A stretch of 63,521 nt of DNA, the filler included. It is 10 parts of 10 records of this genome, joined end to end, with 100 filler letters (N's around TTAATTAATTAA, not from the genome) between each part and the next. Parts side by side here need not be neighbours in the genome. Positions count along the whole stretch, not along the records: positions 32,332 to 36,076 come from SRR7504441_4780; positions 36,177 to 42,878 come from SRR7504441_4787; positions 42,979 to 51,295 come from SRR7504441_4794; 7 more parts are not named here. One strand, given 5' to 3'. Every line of letters starts with the position of its first letter. Position 1 is the stretch's first letter. The translations under genes and the position numbers were made by a program. The notes beneath the pieces are model-generated. The model was not told where the DNA came from. It did not search any database and saw nothing but the letters and a program-made list of their open reading frames with translations. Shown piece after piece: positions 32,567 through 45,367 of this stretch.

Positions 32567-35500
32567 ATGGCCACTTCCCGAGGTACGGACACCACGGCGG
32601 GCGGTCCAGACCCGACGGAGTGGGCAGACCAAGCGCTCGCGCTGCGCGACGCACAGGCCGACTACGACCGAGTGATGGCTCAGCCGGCTGTCGCCCGGCA
32701 GGCCGAATTTGCGGCGATCGAGGCCGAGGTCAAAGGCCAGGACGAGCCGGCCGAGGGGCAGGGCGTTGGGCCAGCAGGGCAGCCGGCGGCCCGGCCGAGC
32801 CGCAGGGCTAAGGCGGCGGCCCGGAGCAAGATTAGCGCGCAGAGCCAGATCGAGGCCGACAAGGACGAGACGCACAAGCTGCTGCGCAAGGAGGAGGTCG
32901 AGGACGAGAAGAAGATGAAGGCGGCCAAGCACCTGGCGGCACGTCAGAAGAAGAATAAGTACGACCGCACCCGCCCCTCGTATCTGGTTGAGGACAAGGC
33001 CGGAGTGCAGGCGCACCTGATCGAGAAGATGCTGGTTCAGTACTGCGGCACCGCCGATGTGCTGCGGCTCCGCGCCACCTCCCAGTTCCACACTAAGCTG
33101 ATTGACGAAAGCCTGGCGGTGTTCCAAGCTCTGTACAGCGCTCAACATCCAGCGTTCACCTTTAGCTTCGACGAGGATGAGATTGACCAGGTTTCGAGAG
33201 ATGCCATCGCTGCCCAGGCCAGGAGTCTGGGTGGCATCCCTGGGTCCCGATTCAACACCACCCATGGAAAGAGGCTAGCGCATTTGCGCGTGATTTCAGG
33301 TCCTTGGAACCCCACGGCGGCTCACTGTACTTTGGACGCCAATGCGAGCATGATCCAGTCATGTCTGATTGAGAACTCCGGGCATTACAGAGCGAGAGGA
33401 TGTACACTACTTACTGCGGAAGGCATCACCACATGGATGTCTGCGTGCGAGGAGAGCGCAGATGGACTCGTGAGCCTGGAGTCATTTGCGTTGGTGAGGA
33501 AGGACGCTCAGGCGCTAAAGGAAATTCGTCACGATGACATCACGTACGTGTCCGACCACTTCAGAAATCAGAGGTTTTATTCGGATCAGGGTCCTTGCGA
33601 GTACCCAAATCTCTGGCTAACACCGGGCACGGAGCATTGCGATGGCCCGGCCAATATGTCTGCTCTATTGAATCGAGTGTTAGGCAAGGATGGAACCCCC
33701 GGTGTCGCCGGGGGGTATCATTGCAGTGATGGATATTACACGCGTTTCAGTGATGCGGTGTCTCTGCAGCAAGTGCTCACGGCAAGGATCGCGGCAACAG
33801 ATACTAATTTCAAGGGAGTTTTGATCAACGTACTGCTGCCAGATGATGACGACTTTGCGACGCCAGTATTCCAAGCGGATGCTGCAATCCAGCTCGAGGT
33901 CCGCGAATGGACTTCCCATCAGGTCCTTGCGACCCTGGGTGAGGTGAAGGAGACTTCCTTCAAAGTAGCAAAGGACAAGGAAATCATGCAAAGGCATTCT
34001 CGCATCTTCAGTGCCGATTGGACGGAGGCTCGGCATCAGTCGTATTTTCAACGATGGATCTCGATGCAACAGCCTCTGGTTGGCCTGTCACGGTACTGCG
34101 CGTCCAGCCACCTTCCTGAACTCCCGACAATTAGCCAGATTCAAACCAGTGATGACATGATATTGGGATGCTGCCCGGGCACCGGCGGTGGCATAGTGAA
34201 ATTGCCATCAGGCGAACCACTGTTCGAGAATGTTGAACTTGGCAACACGCTGGGCATAACCAGACTTTTCAGTGGACATGGGCTAGAGAAAAAACAGACG
34301 AAGGTCATACGGTATCGATATGGAAAGAACCATGCCGAAACGCACGGCCTTGTGGCAGGCCTAACTGAAGACGGGCGCGCCTTTCTGATGCACGGCGATG
34401 GTGATCCCCTGGACGTCAGCGATCTAGTCCCAGATCCGGTGATCCATGCATGCGTCTACTTTGATTTTGTGCTGCTTTGTACTACGACAGAGGTCCGACG
34501 GTGTGTTGCAGACTGGACCGAAGACGATCAAGCAGCTTCGGAGATTCTGTACACGGGGCCTGAAGTCCGTTCAATAGAGATGCTCCCGATTCACGTTTAT
34601 GACGCAGATGCTGACTTTGTCCCAATATATTTTCTTGTTGGCGAAGATGGCGCTTTGATGTCTGCCTGCCCTGATGCGCCTGATGACGACGAATGCTCCC
34701 AGGCTGAATCGAACAAGCTGACCAGGATCAAGAATCTACTGGGCAGGAAGGTCTCCGAGGACACGCCTGTCAAAGAATTTCATCGATGCCAGATCAACAG
34801 CCCAATCAGGAATGTGGCTGTATCGAACCGAAAAAATCACGAGTACGTCTTTGCAGTTACTGACTCCGGCGACGTGTGGGGTTGGGGATCTCCCACCGAT
34901 GGCCAGCTTGGAGTATACAGTATGGCCTCTATCACGCTTCCCAGGCTTGTGCTTGCTCGCCAGGGCGTTGTGCGGTGCTTCGCGAGTCTAATCGGTGCCT
35001 CGGTGGCTCAAACTGCAGCTGGAAGGTCGTTGTAATTGCCTTTCGTCGATGACTGTGATGTGTGCTGCAGGTTGCTCAGCACTGGAAAACGGTCGTACGG
35101 CATGATCGGTTCGGGCACTCGAGCAGGCATTCAGTACGAATTCGTCGAGATGCAATCCTCTGACTACAGAGCTACAGTGAAGCAGGGAATGGTCCCACAG
35201 GCCGTCTTCTTTGGCCTCGATGATCTCAGTGCAATCTTTGGGCCCGATCAAGGTCAGGTTAGTTTGACGCCCGAGGGCGAAGAACCCATCCACCCCGACT
35301 CGGAGTCATGTGTGCACGAGCTGCTCTTGAGGGTAAACGACGAAATGGCGATGCATGTCGAGGGCATGACGCCTGGCCAAGACAGGGATTTCTTATTGGC
35401 CAAACTGGCAGAGGCTCAGAGTCTGAGCTCCTTGATAAACGAAGCGGCTCTGCCCGCTCACAAAAAGCGGAAACAAAGTTGCGGCTCTAAGGAGGTACAG

Positions 35501-35671
35501 AAATAGCTGGATTTGTGCTGACAAGTGTGTGTGTTGCAGACCACTCCACCTAAATCAAAGAGGCGCTCAGCAGGCCAGGACAATTCCAGCAAGCGTTCAG
35601 CTGCGACAGCAAAGAAGCGGGGCCAGCAAGCCTCTGGCGTGGCTCAAAAGAGCAACAAGCGGCGCAAATAA
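32567..35671 (+). CDS. Large protein with F-box-like segment, RCC1-like repeats and basic NLS-like tail
   Basis: LVQYCGTADVLRLRATS; VFAVTDSGDVWGWGSPTDGQLG; introns 35026-35070 and 35495-35539 (45 nt each); ends KSNKRRK*. Confidence 0.7.
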
Positions 35672-36076
35672 GGGAAGCAAGTGCTTTCCTATTCTGGTGT
35701 GTGTCGTCAAGAGACGGACTACTAAGTCAACCCGCTCATCCAACTGCCACTCACCGTTTAAACTCGAGGCTGACACCTACGTGCCATCTCAACGTGAACT
35801 AACCTCTCAATAATCAGTCCAAGCTCTATACCCAAGATCGACTCAAGCTTCCTTCAACTCAACCTGCCTCAACGTCGACTCGTGAAGGCTTGGACGCACG
35901 TAATGTCACGACTGCATGTGCATGCCGTACTCTACACTGCATGCATCTTGGCACACGTCGTGGGATCATGAATATTAATTACATGTAAGCGGAGCTTTCG
36001 TAAAGTTCTGTACAATCATAACAATCATCTGATTGTGATTATAATAAAGTGGGCAGCCAATATAACAACAAAGCTT

Positions 36077-36176
36077 NNNNNNNNNNNNNNNNNNNNNNNN
36101 NNNNNNNNNNNNNNNNNNNNTTAATTAATTAANNNNNNNNNNNNNNNNNNNNNNNNNNNNNNNNNNNNNNNNNNNN
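36077..36176. other. Artificial contig spacer
   Basis: N44-TTAATTAATTAA-N44. Confidence 0.98.
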
Positions 36177-36177
36177 C

Positions 36178-39100
36178 TGCAGCTCCAGCTGCTCTCGCTG
36201 GGCTGAGGCCGAGGATGACTTTGGACCGCCGCTGCATGAAATCTTGTTTTATCGCAGCAAGGAGAAGATCAAGTTGGTTGCTGAGGCCAGCGACACACCG
36301 GATGAGGCCGCTCTGGGGGCCGCCCGGGTATCTTATGGACTCTTGCATAAGATGTTCACCCGCAGTGACGAGGACGAGCAGAAGGCCTTGCTTGAAGGGA
36401 TGAAAAACGACCAGCTGGTCCCGTTAATGCTCCAGGAAATAGAAGTCGTCGCCAGCAGCGCCAGCGATAACATGCAGAATAGGATGGGGCCACGGCTGAG
36501 CTTGCTCAAGTTGCTGTGCACCTTGCCAGAGGTCAGGGAGAGCTTTGGCGAGCACGATCTTGGGCAGCTGCTCGAGAGCTTCACTCGAGCGGACCAGGTC
36601 GAGATGCTGCTCGAGTGGTTCCTGCAGCTCAGGCTGGATGAGCATCCACAGCAGCAGCAGCTAGCCACTCAGCTGTTTGAGGGTGTGTATGGCGCATCGC
36701 TCAAGACAGCCCAAGGCTTTCGCAACGTGCAACAGTTGTTTTTCCAGGTGAACTCTGGACCCCTCAACGGGGTGTCGCTGGCTGGTCTCGCCAACATTCG
36801 GCTCACAGCACTAGATCAGCTGAGCGGGCTTGGTGCTCTGTGGGACATGGCACTCAACGGGCTTCCAGAGGTGGCTGCTGGAGCTCAATCTTTGCTGCTG
36901 CAGCTCTACTTCGCACTTGCAGCCACAGTGCAGTCGCACGCCCCGTTGCTGGCCACAGTCTTTGGAGCACTAGCTGGCGAGGTCCCGAGCTTTGCCAAAA
37001 TAGACGAAGGACTCTCGTCAGCTCTTGCCGCAGACAGCGACAAGGAAATCATCGAAATTAATGTGAGTCTGCTGGATGATTCTGGCACCGAGACTCTTTT
37101 TGGGACTCGCTGCGAACAGCGGAGCGGCGAGAGCTCGCTGGTTTACCACACTGCGGGGGAGTGGGAGCAATTCATCAACGAGGCAAGTGACCCGTCTTTC
37201 CAAGTCGAATCAGCCCCAGCAGAGGTCCTCAAGTTCGGGTTTGAAGAACGAGGCAATGCGCTTCTTTATGACAACTACACCGCAACTGTGCAATTTTTGA
37301 TCAGCGGCCAAGGATCCGACAGTCTGGTTCGTGCTCCATCCTTTGAGCTCCGGCTGGATTGCGACAGCCCGCAGGTGGCCCTGCTGCGCTTTGCTGTTGA
37401 CTCATTGCATCGCTGGATTGACAGGTAACGACAAGGCTCTTGAGCTTGCTCCAAAACGCTATCGACAGTACACGCGAGACCCAGCAGTTTCCTGGGCACC
37501 GCTTTTCAAGCCGCGGGGAGCCGCTTCAGATCGAGACTGAGGTCACTCGCTGGCAAGTTGATTCCAAGGGCAACGGGTTCTGGAAGCAACTTGAAGCTTC
37601 CAAGATCCCGATGCACTCAACAGCTACAGTGGCACACTTGCAAGATCGGCTGTTGGGTGCGCTTGAGATGGATTCGGCGCATTATAGGTGCGAGCTCAAG
37701 CTTGGAGAAGGCGAAGAGCAGGTTGCGCTTCGAAACGCCTCGATGCCATTGCAGCAGGCTGGCTTCTCGAGCAGTAGTCAGGTACAAGCCCGTGTATTCC
37801 CCAAGACCAGTAAGCAGTCAGAAGCCCACCTTGTGCCCAGTGTCGCAGATTCACTGCTTCCACATGATGGCTATTATCAGACTCTCTTTAACTTGGTAGA
37901 TAGCAATGATGAAGCCATTGCGAAGCTTGCATGGCACGTGCTTGCACTGGTGCCACAGTCAGAAAATGATGCGGCCAAGCTCAATAGCTTTGAGTGGGAC
38001 GAGCTGCTGAGCTCAGGGTCAGACTGCCGTACAGCTTATGTGCTGCAGTCCATCAACACAAAGCTTCGGCCAGCAAGCGTTGGTGATGTGCCTGAGGCAG
38101 AGGAGGCGGTGGAATGGCGGCGCTCATTCATCCGCACTGGTGGTCTGGAGAGGCTATGGACACTCTTGTATCTCATTGCAGATCAGCATGATGCTGGGAT
38201 TGCACATGATGGACTTGGTCCTCTGCTTCAAGCACTGGCCTTCTTGATTGATGCAGCTCATGATGCTGTGCCTGAATCGGAGCTTGAGTCTACCAGCGAA
38301 GACGCAGGGGCGCAAGCGCTGCTCACCCGTGCTCTCTCTTCGACATCCAAGGAATCCATGGCAGCAATTGACGAAAAAAGGCTGGTGACTGTGCTCAGGC
38401 GGATCATCCAAAGCGCTCCGAACGACCCTCCACTACAGACTTTTGCTCTGCGTACGATGGCAGCAGTCGCTGCATCAAGCAGTACTGTCGCCCAGAGCTT
38501 GCTCTCGGAGCCAGAGGCGCTGCAAAAAGCATTGACGGGTGCTGACCCTGTCGTTCGCGAGGCGGGCGCAATGCTGCTTTCGCGGATCTCTGCAGCCTTC
38601 CCTGAGCTGTTTCCAACAGTTCTGCAGATTACTGCATGCGCCATTACCATGCAGATTACCGCCGGGCAGGTCGAAAGATGCCAGCAGGCCCTAGACTCGC
38701 TCTTGCACATGTTAGAGCAGATTAGTGACACTGTCAGCGCCGAGCATGCACTCCATCTGTCGCGGCTCCTTCAGCAGCTGTTCCAGTCGCTCCCAGAGTC
38801 GTCAGCCACAGCCCAGTGGTTTTCTCTGCTTGGCTCGATTGCAAGAAATGTGGCATCCGAAACTCTGGACCAGATTAACGCCAATCTTGCGGAGGCTGGG
38901 TCCGAGAAGCTCACAGAGTTCCTGTGGCGACAGTTGTACGAGTCTCCGCTTTCAGACAAGACTGCTCAGAAGGCGGCAGCATCTGCTCTGTGTGAGTGCT
39001 GCCAGTCCGAGGAAGTGCTGCTTGAAGTCACAGGCTGCATGTCGGCACTGCACAGCGAGGTGCTCAAGGCCCGAAGCGAGGACGACCAGGAAGCAGGCAC

Positions 39101-42100
39101 CTACTGGTACATCGACCCTAAGCCAAGCGGCAAGCAAGGCGGGGTGGGTCTGGTAAACCAAGGCAACACCTGCTATCAGAACGCGACTCTACAGCAGCTG
39201 TTCATGCATCCTGGTCTCAGGAACCGGCTGCTCAGCTCACTCCCAGACCCTGAGGCTGAGCAGCAGGGCGCAGCAGAGGTGTTTCACCAGCTGCAAAAAG
39301 TTGTGGCCCAGCTTGCATACAGCGTTAGGGACTCATACGACCCTCGATCATTTGTTGACGCATGCGATGGCCGATTCAATGCCCTAGGCAATGGTAATGT
39401 GTACGACCAACAGGATGCTAGCGAATTTTATTCAACTTTGTCATCCAGGATCGAAGACGGTCTCAAGAAACCCATTTTTGATGACGTGTCCTTCCTTAAA
39501 ACCCGATATAACACGTCCGCAGTGTTCAACGGCGAAACTGTCTCGAGGCTTGGCGGACCGGGCGAACTTCAGGGTGGGATGGTTAACGTTGGCTTGATTG
39601 ACTTCAGCACCGGCGAGGTAATTAACTGTCGGCCTATTCCGCAGCGTGCTGACTAGAGCTGTGTGCAGAGTGTCGAGAGCTTGGAGGTTGCTCTGGCTAA
39701 CCAATTTGCCCCTCAAGAGTGCCCTGAGCTCTCTTGGGACAGTTTGGCAGACCAGACGGAGGATGGCGAGCCCCCCAAACTTGATTCCACACGACAAATG
39801 GTAATCACTGAGCCACCACAGATGCTCGTGTTCATGTTGCAGCGGCACAACCCATTTACCGACGAAAAGGACAATGGGCGAGTCTCTTTTGGCCACGAGC
39901 TTGATTTGACCTGCCATCTCGCGCCAGAGGCTCTGGAAAAGAATTTGTGTGGTCGATATATACTATCTGGAATTGTGGTGCAGGCTGGGACAGCAGGTTT
40001 TGGGCACTACTACTCATTTATCCGCAATCGCCGCACCAGTGAATGGTGTCGATACGATGATCAAAATGTGACACCCTGGGACATTGATACTGAGTTGGAA
40101 AGCGACTGCTTCGGTGGAGAGCAGTTTGAAACGAGGACAGACAAATATGGCAACACGCATCACACGTCCTCCGATGCGTGGTGCACTGCGTACATGCTGG
40201 TGTACGACCGGGCTGACGTGCAGCATGGCGAGGAGCTCGAGTTTGATCAGCTCCCAGCCCAGGTGCAGCAAGAGTTGGGGCATGTTATTGCCCAAAACCA
40301 GGCTATGCTTGCCAGCGCTTCGATGAGCAGCAAGTCGCACATCGACACTCTGATGAAACTAATGCGACTGGGGCTTGTCTCGTCCAACGATGCCGTGCTA
40401 GAGGCAGTGTTCGAGCTTGGAATCGAGTTTTATTTCGGGCTACTTGTCCGATTAGGCCAGTATGAGCTGAACCACTGGGCCGAATTGGATCCAGTGGAAG
40501 ACGAGGAGCTAGATAACCTCACATGGAGTTTTGGAACCCTGGTCAGCCAGCTGGCGTCACGTGTTACAAGCAGCGTCAAATACCTAGAGAAATTAACCCC
40601 TAAGATTCAGAAGACGCTGATCCATTGCCCCAGAGGAGGCGCAATGACTTCACGCACCAAAATGGGTGTGGTGCGCGATAGTGTGGGCAAGATTGTGCTT
40701 TCGATCGCCACATCGTCTGAAGAGGCAGCAATCATGGTGTGTCAGCATGGTCATATAATATTAGGGGTCCGGCTAGTCAGCTAATTAGTTGGTCTGGCAG
40801 GCTTACAATGCCCTCATCGAGCTGCTCCCTGCGGTGGCCAACCAGGATTATCATCACTGCGGTTCTCTTTGGGAAACACTGCAAACACTGCTGCGCATGG
40901 AAGCAGCGCACCACTATGCACGCCAGTCTGAGGGTTTTGCATGGTTGCTCAGCTATCTGATCTCAAGCACGAGCATTTGTAAGACTGAGATCGCTGCCAA
41001 TATAGCCCAAGCCACTGGCCGGCCCGAGCCAGAGATCGTGCATCGGCGGATTCAGGATGCCGGACTTTGTGACGCCGCGTCCGAGCTGATCAATCCGGTG
41101 GAAGGCCTTCCGGCCCTTTCAGGGGAGCTTCTGGACGCCGACTTTGGGAATATTGTGCACCAGCTTGCAAGGCAAGGCAACAACCACTGCACTCAGGTCA
41201 ACCTGATTGCGGCCGGCAAGCTAGGGGAAATCAAAGCCAGGCGCATGGTGCTGTCCCAGCCACTGTTGTGGACTGATGGATTGGGGCAGGTGAGAGATGC
41301 GGCCGATGATTTGATCTCTGGGTTTGCTCAAGATGCGTGTTTGGCTGAGGACTCGCTGCATCGGCTGCTGGAATTGGACCCAGAGCAGGCGCAAATGGTA
41401 TTAACAGAGCTCTTGAAACATGGCAATCAGCTCCATGACGACCAAGAACTCAAAGAGGGCGAGAACACCTCAGACATCGAGCTGGTGCTTGAGGCGATAC
41501 TTGCTCTGGCAGCAGTGCATCCGGCGGCGCGGATCTGGTTGAGTCAGAACCGCGGCCCGTGGGAGTGGGTGTCTGTCCACCTAGACTTTTGGGCCTTTCA
41601 GTCTGAGAACTCCAAGTTGAAGCAGGTCCTTCGGGCGATCCTCGAGACCGAGTCAGAGAGCGAGCTGTCTGAGGCGCTATTCGAGGAGTACGCACAGGAG
41701 CAGCGGCTTTACTTGGCACTGACAGGTCTGCTGTTGTGAGTATGCCCAGCTGCTGAGTGAGGGGGGCAGGTCTGAGTCCATTCTACCTCTCAAAAAGGTA
41801 TTGGTGTCGTTTAGCAATGAAAGCCAGACCCGACGGAAGCCTGGAGGATTGGCTTGAATGGATGGAGAAGAACGAGTCCGCAGTGGCTGGTGGTAAGAAA
41901 GGGATTTCAGTGCTTGAGCAAAGCAGCGCGTATGGGCAGCACGAGTCAACTGGGAGCGATCCAGAGCTGGAGCTGTCGAGCTGGCAAGAGATGGTGGATG
42001 ATAAGCTCTTTGAATCAATTCAAAATGGCGATTCACAGCTCGAGCGGATCGGCGAGCTGATTCAGTGGGGAGCAGACGTGGCGAGCACGCATGTGCAAGG

Positions 42101-42521
42101 CAGGTACCCGCTGCACCAGGCAGCGCGCAACAACCAGCCGCGCACAGTGGAATTCTTACTAGCACATGGAGCCGACCCTAATCCGTCAGCTGGCGCCTCT
42201 GGCTGGAGGCCGCTACACAATGCAGTCAATTTTCACGGCAAAGCTGGTACAGGCCTGTTCTAATTGCTCACTCATTATCTTGCTCTCGCAGGGTTCTCAT
42301 ACAAGGATACAGTCCGAGTGCTGCTGCAAGGCCGAGCTGACCCGCACCTATGCATTACTGAAAATGGAAGTTATGGTGGTAGATCGCCGCTCGATGTGGC
42401 CATTTGGTGACACTGACCCATTGCCTAAAGCTGGATTTAGGCGTGTGTGCAATCTTGCAGGAACCCAAATCGCGTCGACGACATGAAGGATCTAGAAGAC
42501 ATAATCCGTCTATATGCTTGA
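36178..42521 (+). CDS. Ubiquitin-specific protease (C19; USP9X/24/34-like) with C-terminal ankyrin repeats (5' truncated)
   Basis: Cys box GLVNQGNTCYQNATLQQL, QQDASEF, His box GTAGFGHYYSFIR..WCRYDD, AYMLVY; introns 37375-37424, 39618-39668, 40737-40800, 41726-41769, 42247-42291, 42407-42460; ankyrin PLHQAA/PLHNAV. Confidence 0.85.
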
Positions 42522-42878
42522 GAATCTGTAGTCGCAACTTACTACTTACTAAGTCTTAGTTAGCTCAAATACACGATCTCATGTATCACGCTCTCGAAAC
42601 TCTACTATACTCGTACGTATACGTACTACAATCAAGTTTTGTATCGATCATTGTGTGAGCGTGCACCATAGCATGCACATCAGACTCTAACAAGCAGCTA
42701 GCTGAATGTGGAGATGTAGTGGAGATGCATGCTCGCTGCGCATAGCAGCGCATGCTACGGCTGTTCGAGTTGCGGAGTTGTCGGTAGATCTACAGAGTAC
42801 GACTGTAGTACGGCTAGTCCTCGGCCACGACTGGCTGCGGCTGACCCCGCTGGCCTGACCCCGCCCCCATCGACCTCT

Positions 42879-42978
42879 NNNNNNNNNNNNNNNNNNNNNN
42901 NNNNNNNNNNNNNNNNNNNNNNTTAATTAATTAANNNNNNNNNNNNNNNNNNNNNNNNNNNNNNNNNNNNNNNNNNNN
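42879..42978. other. Artificial contig spacer
   Basis: N44-TTAATTAATTAA-N44. Confidence 0.98.
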
Positions 42979-43985
42979 GGAGCAGCGCCGGCGGGACCTG
43001 GCGCGGGCCACGGCGCTGGTGGAGGACCTGCGCGAGCGGGGCGAGATGGACCGACTCGAGCCGGCGCTCAAGCTGCAGCAGACGCTCCAGGCCGCGCTGC
43101 GCGAGGACGAGCAGCGGCTCGACCGGCAGCGGGCCGCGCTGATCAACGGCTCGCCGGCTTTCCGGGTGCGGGTGGAGCTGCAGACGGGGGACGCGTTCAA
43201 CGAGCGGGTGCACAGCCAGGCGACCGTGCGCGAGCTGCTGAAGCGGCTGGCGCCCAAGCTGGGGATCGTGCCGGCGCTGGCGGCCGAGCTCGAACTGCAC
43301 TGGGCCCAGACCGGCAAGCCGCTCCAGCCAGGGCTGAGCTGGGCGGACAACGGAGTGCCGGTGCCCAGGCGGCGGCCAGGCGGGACCCGGGACAGGCGAG
43401 CGCGGACGTGGTGCACCTGCGGGTGGTTAACGATCTTGCCAAGCGGAGGGAGCACGCCAAGGTGCGGCGCGCTGCCGGGCTGGCGAGTCCCGACAGGCCA
43501 AGACCCTCGACTTGCACGCCGCCGCAGCGGGCGGGGACCAGGAGGGAGTCGAGTTCGTCTGCCGGTATGCGCCAGAAAGGGTGGAGCGGCCCGCGCTGGA
43601 CGGGCCGCGGGGGGCGAGCCCGCTGCACTTTGCGGCCAAGAACGGGCACACGGGGGTTGTAGAGAGGTTGCTGGCAGCCAAGGCGGAGCTGGACCAGCAA
43701 GACAAGTTTGGGCAAACCGCGCTGCACCTGGCCGCAAGCAAAGGGCACACCCAGGCCGTGGTGGCGCTGTTGAGTGCCCGTGCCAACGTGAACGCTCAGG
43801 AAGCGGATGGCGACACGCCGATGAACTTGGCCAAGCTGAACAAGCACAGGGAGGTGTGCCGGGTGCTGATGGAGGCCATGCACCCGTCGCAAAGGGCCGG
43901 GATCCAGTGGAAAGCCAAGTATGCAGTGCACAATCACAATTGGGCCCGGAATTCCGCGTTGGAGCGGCACGCCACGCCCTCATGA
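42979..43985 (+). CDS. Ubiquitin-like domain + ankyrin repeat protein (5' truncated)
   Basis: FRVRVELQTG..ATVRELLKRL; ankyrins SPLHFAAKNGH and TALHLAASKGH; 35-nt introns 43361-43395 and 43462-43496. Confidence 0.8.
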
Positions 43986-44051
43986 CAATAATTGCGGCCC
44001 ATTGAAATAGTTATGTACACGTATTTACGGCCCATTTATAAGTATGGTATG

Positions 44052-45107
44052 CTAGCATAGATTAGTTTCAAACTCCTCATCAACAGAGCAGAAGCTATTG
44101 CTGCTTCGGCCGTCTGTGCGCGGCCGCTTTTCATATCTATACATCGCCTCGGTCCTTACAGTGTACTTGATGCCTTGATGCACTCTCGACCCCTCGTGGA
44201 GTAGATTCTGAGTAAAGATCAACACGCTCCCGGCCTCCGGCTGGTGCCCCAAATCCTCCCCGGGTCTGCCCTCGTCTATGAACCTAGTGGCGCCGCCAAA
44301 CTCGGCCGGCACATCGTTCAAATAAATCTGGATCGTGACCTTGGAGCAGTCCCCATCTGGCCGCATGTAGGCCCCGTCCCTGTGCACCGGGAACTGCTGG
44401 CCCGGCACGTAGCACAGCACCCGCAGCCGCTCGTTCAGTCCAGCTAGCCTCCAGCAGCCGTCCATCCTCTCGGGCAGAAACGGCGTCAGTCGCCCGAGCA
44501 GCCAGTCGGCGGCCGGTCGGCTGTCCACTATCACCCGATTTCCATCCCGTGCGGTCCGGTCGAGTATTTGCCGCCCGCCCCCGATGTTGAGCAGAGCGGG
44601 TGAGAATCCCTTGGAGTTGACAGCCTCGAGCAGCGCGGCGCACTCGGCCGGGCTCAGCACTCCGCGCACCACCCGGGCGAACCGGCCGGGTCCGCTACCG
44701 GTGACAGCCAGCTCCTGGCACACGGGGAGCGGTCGGGCGGCCGGGTCGGTCCCGATGAAAGCCGGCGGGGCCCAGGGCTGGCTGGTGCGGTCCGGGTCGT
44801 TGTTGGCAGTGAAGAGCTGGCCCTCGCGCCAGTCGACCGGATGGAAGCGCGGGGCAATGAGCGGTTGGTCAGCAAGTGACGGCATCTCGGCGGCCAGCGC
44901 GGCCATCTGTACCTCGCTGGCGCTCATGCCCGCTGCGGCCGGCTCAGCGTCGGTTTCCAGGTGGTCCTGGATCCACGCTGCCAGCGTGCTGCTGCCCGCG
45001 CCGTAGCCGGCTGGCAAGGAACATAAGTCGTCGTTCTGGACCGCTGGGGGGTCGCCCCAGTGCGCAGGGAAAGGAGGCGGCGGGGTCGAGTTGCCAGCGT
45101 TGCCCAT
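44052..45107 (-). CDS. 2OG-Fe(II) oxygenase (prolyl 4-hydroxylase-like) with small N-terminal module
   Basis: GLNERLR, FPVHRDG (HxD), IQIYLND..GGATRF, LHEG, KYTVR; MG start. Confidence 0.88.
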   Translation of the reverse strand: MGNAGNSTPPPPFPAHWGDPPAVQNDDLCSLPAGYGAGSSTLAAWIQDHLETDAEPAAAGMSASEVQMAALAAEMPSLADQPLIAPRFHPVDWREGQLFTANNDPDRTSQPWAPPAFIGTDPAARPLPVCQELAVTGSGPGRFARVVRGVLSPAECAALLEAVNSKGFSPALLNIGGGRQILDRTARDGNRVIVDSRPAADWLLGRLTPFLPERMDGCWRLAGLNERLRVLCYVPGQQFPVHRDGAYMRPDGDCSKVTIQIYLNDVPAEFGGATRFIDEGRPGEDLGHQPEAGSVLIFTQNLLHEGSRVHQGIKYTVRTEAMYRYEKRPRTDGRSSNSFCSVDEEFETNLC

Positions 45108-45367
45108 GCCTGTTCAAGTGGTTCCCCGGCACACAGTTGCAGCTTCAGCACCGTTTCCAAGAATAGGAATAATCAAGTCTACTGCAGTACGGTAGATTTA
45201 CCTTTGAATACAGCCAGCTGCTTGCGCCACTTTTATGACGTAGATTTTTATACATGTGGGAAATCAAGTTCTAAAAAGTGGGCTATTTAATTAAAATTCT
45301 AATTAGGTACCTAAAGCTTGCCTTGCTTCACAAAAAGCAATCAACTGCTGGAAATCTCGATTCCTTT

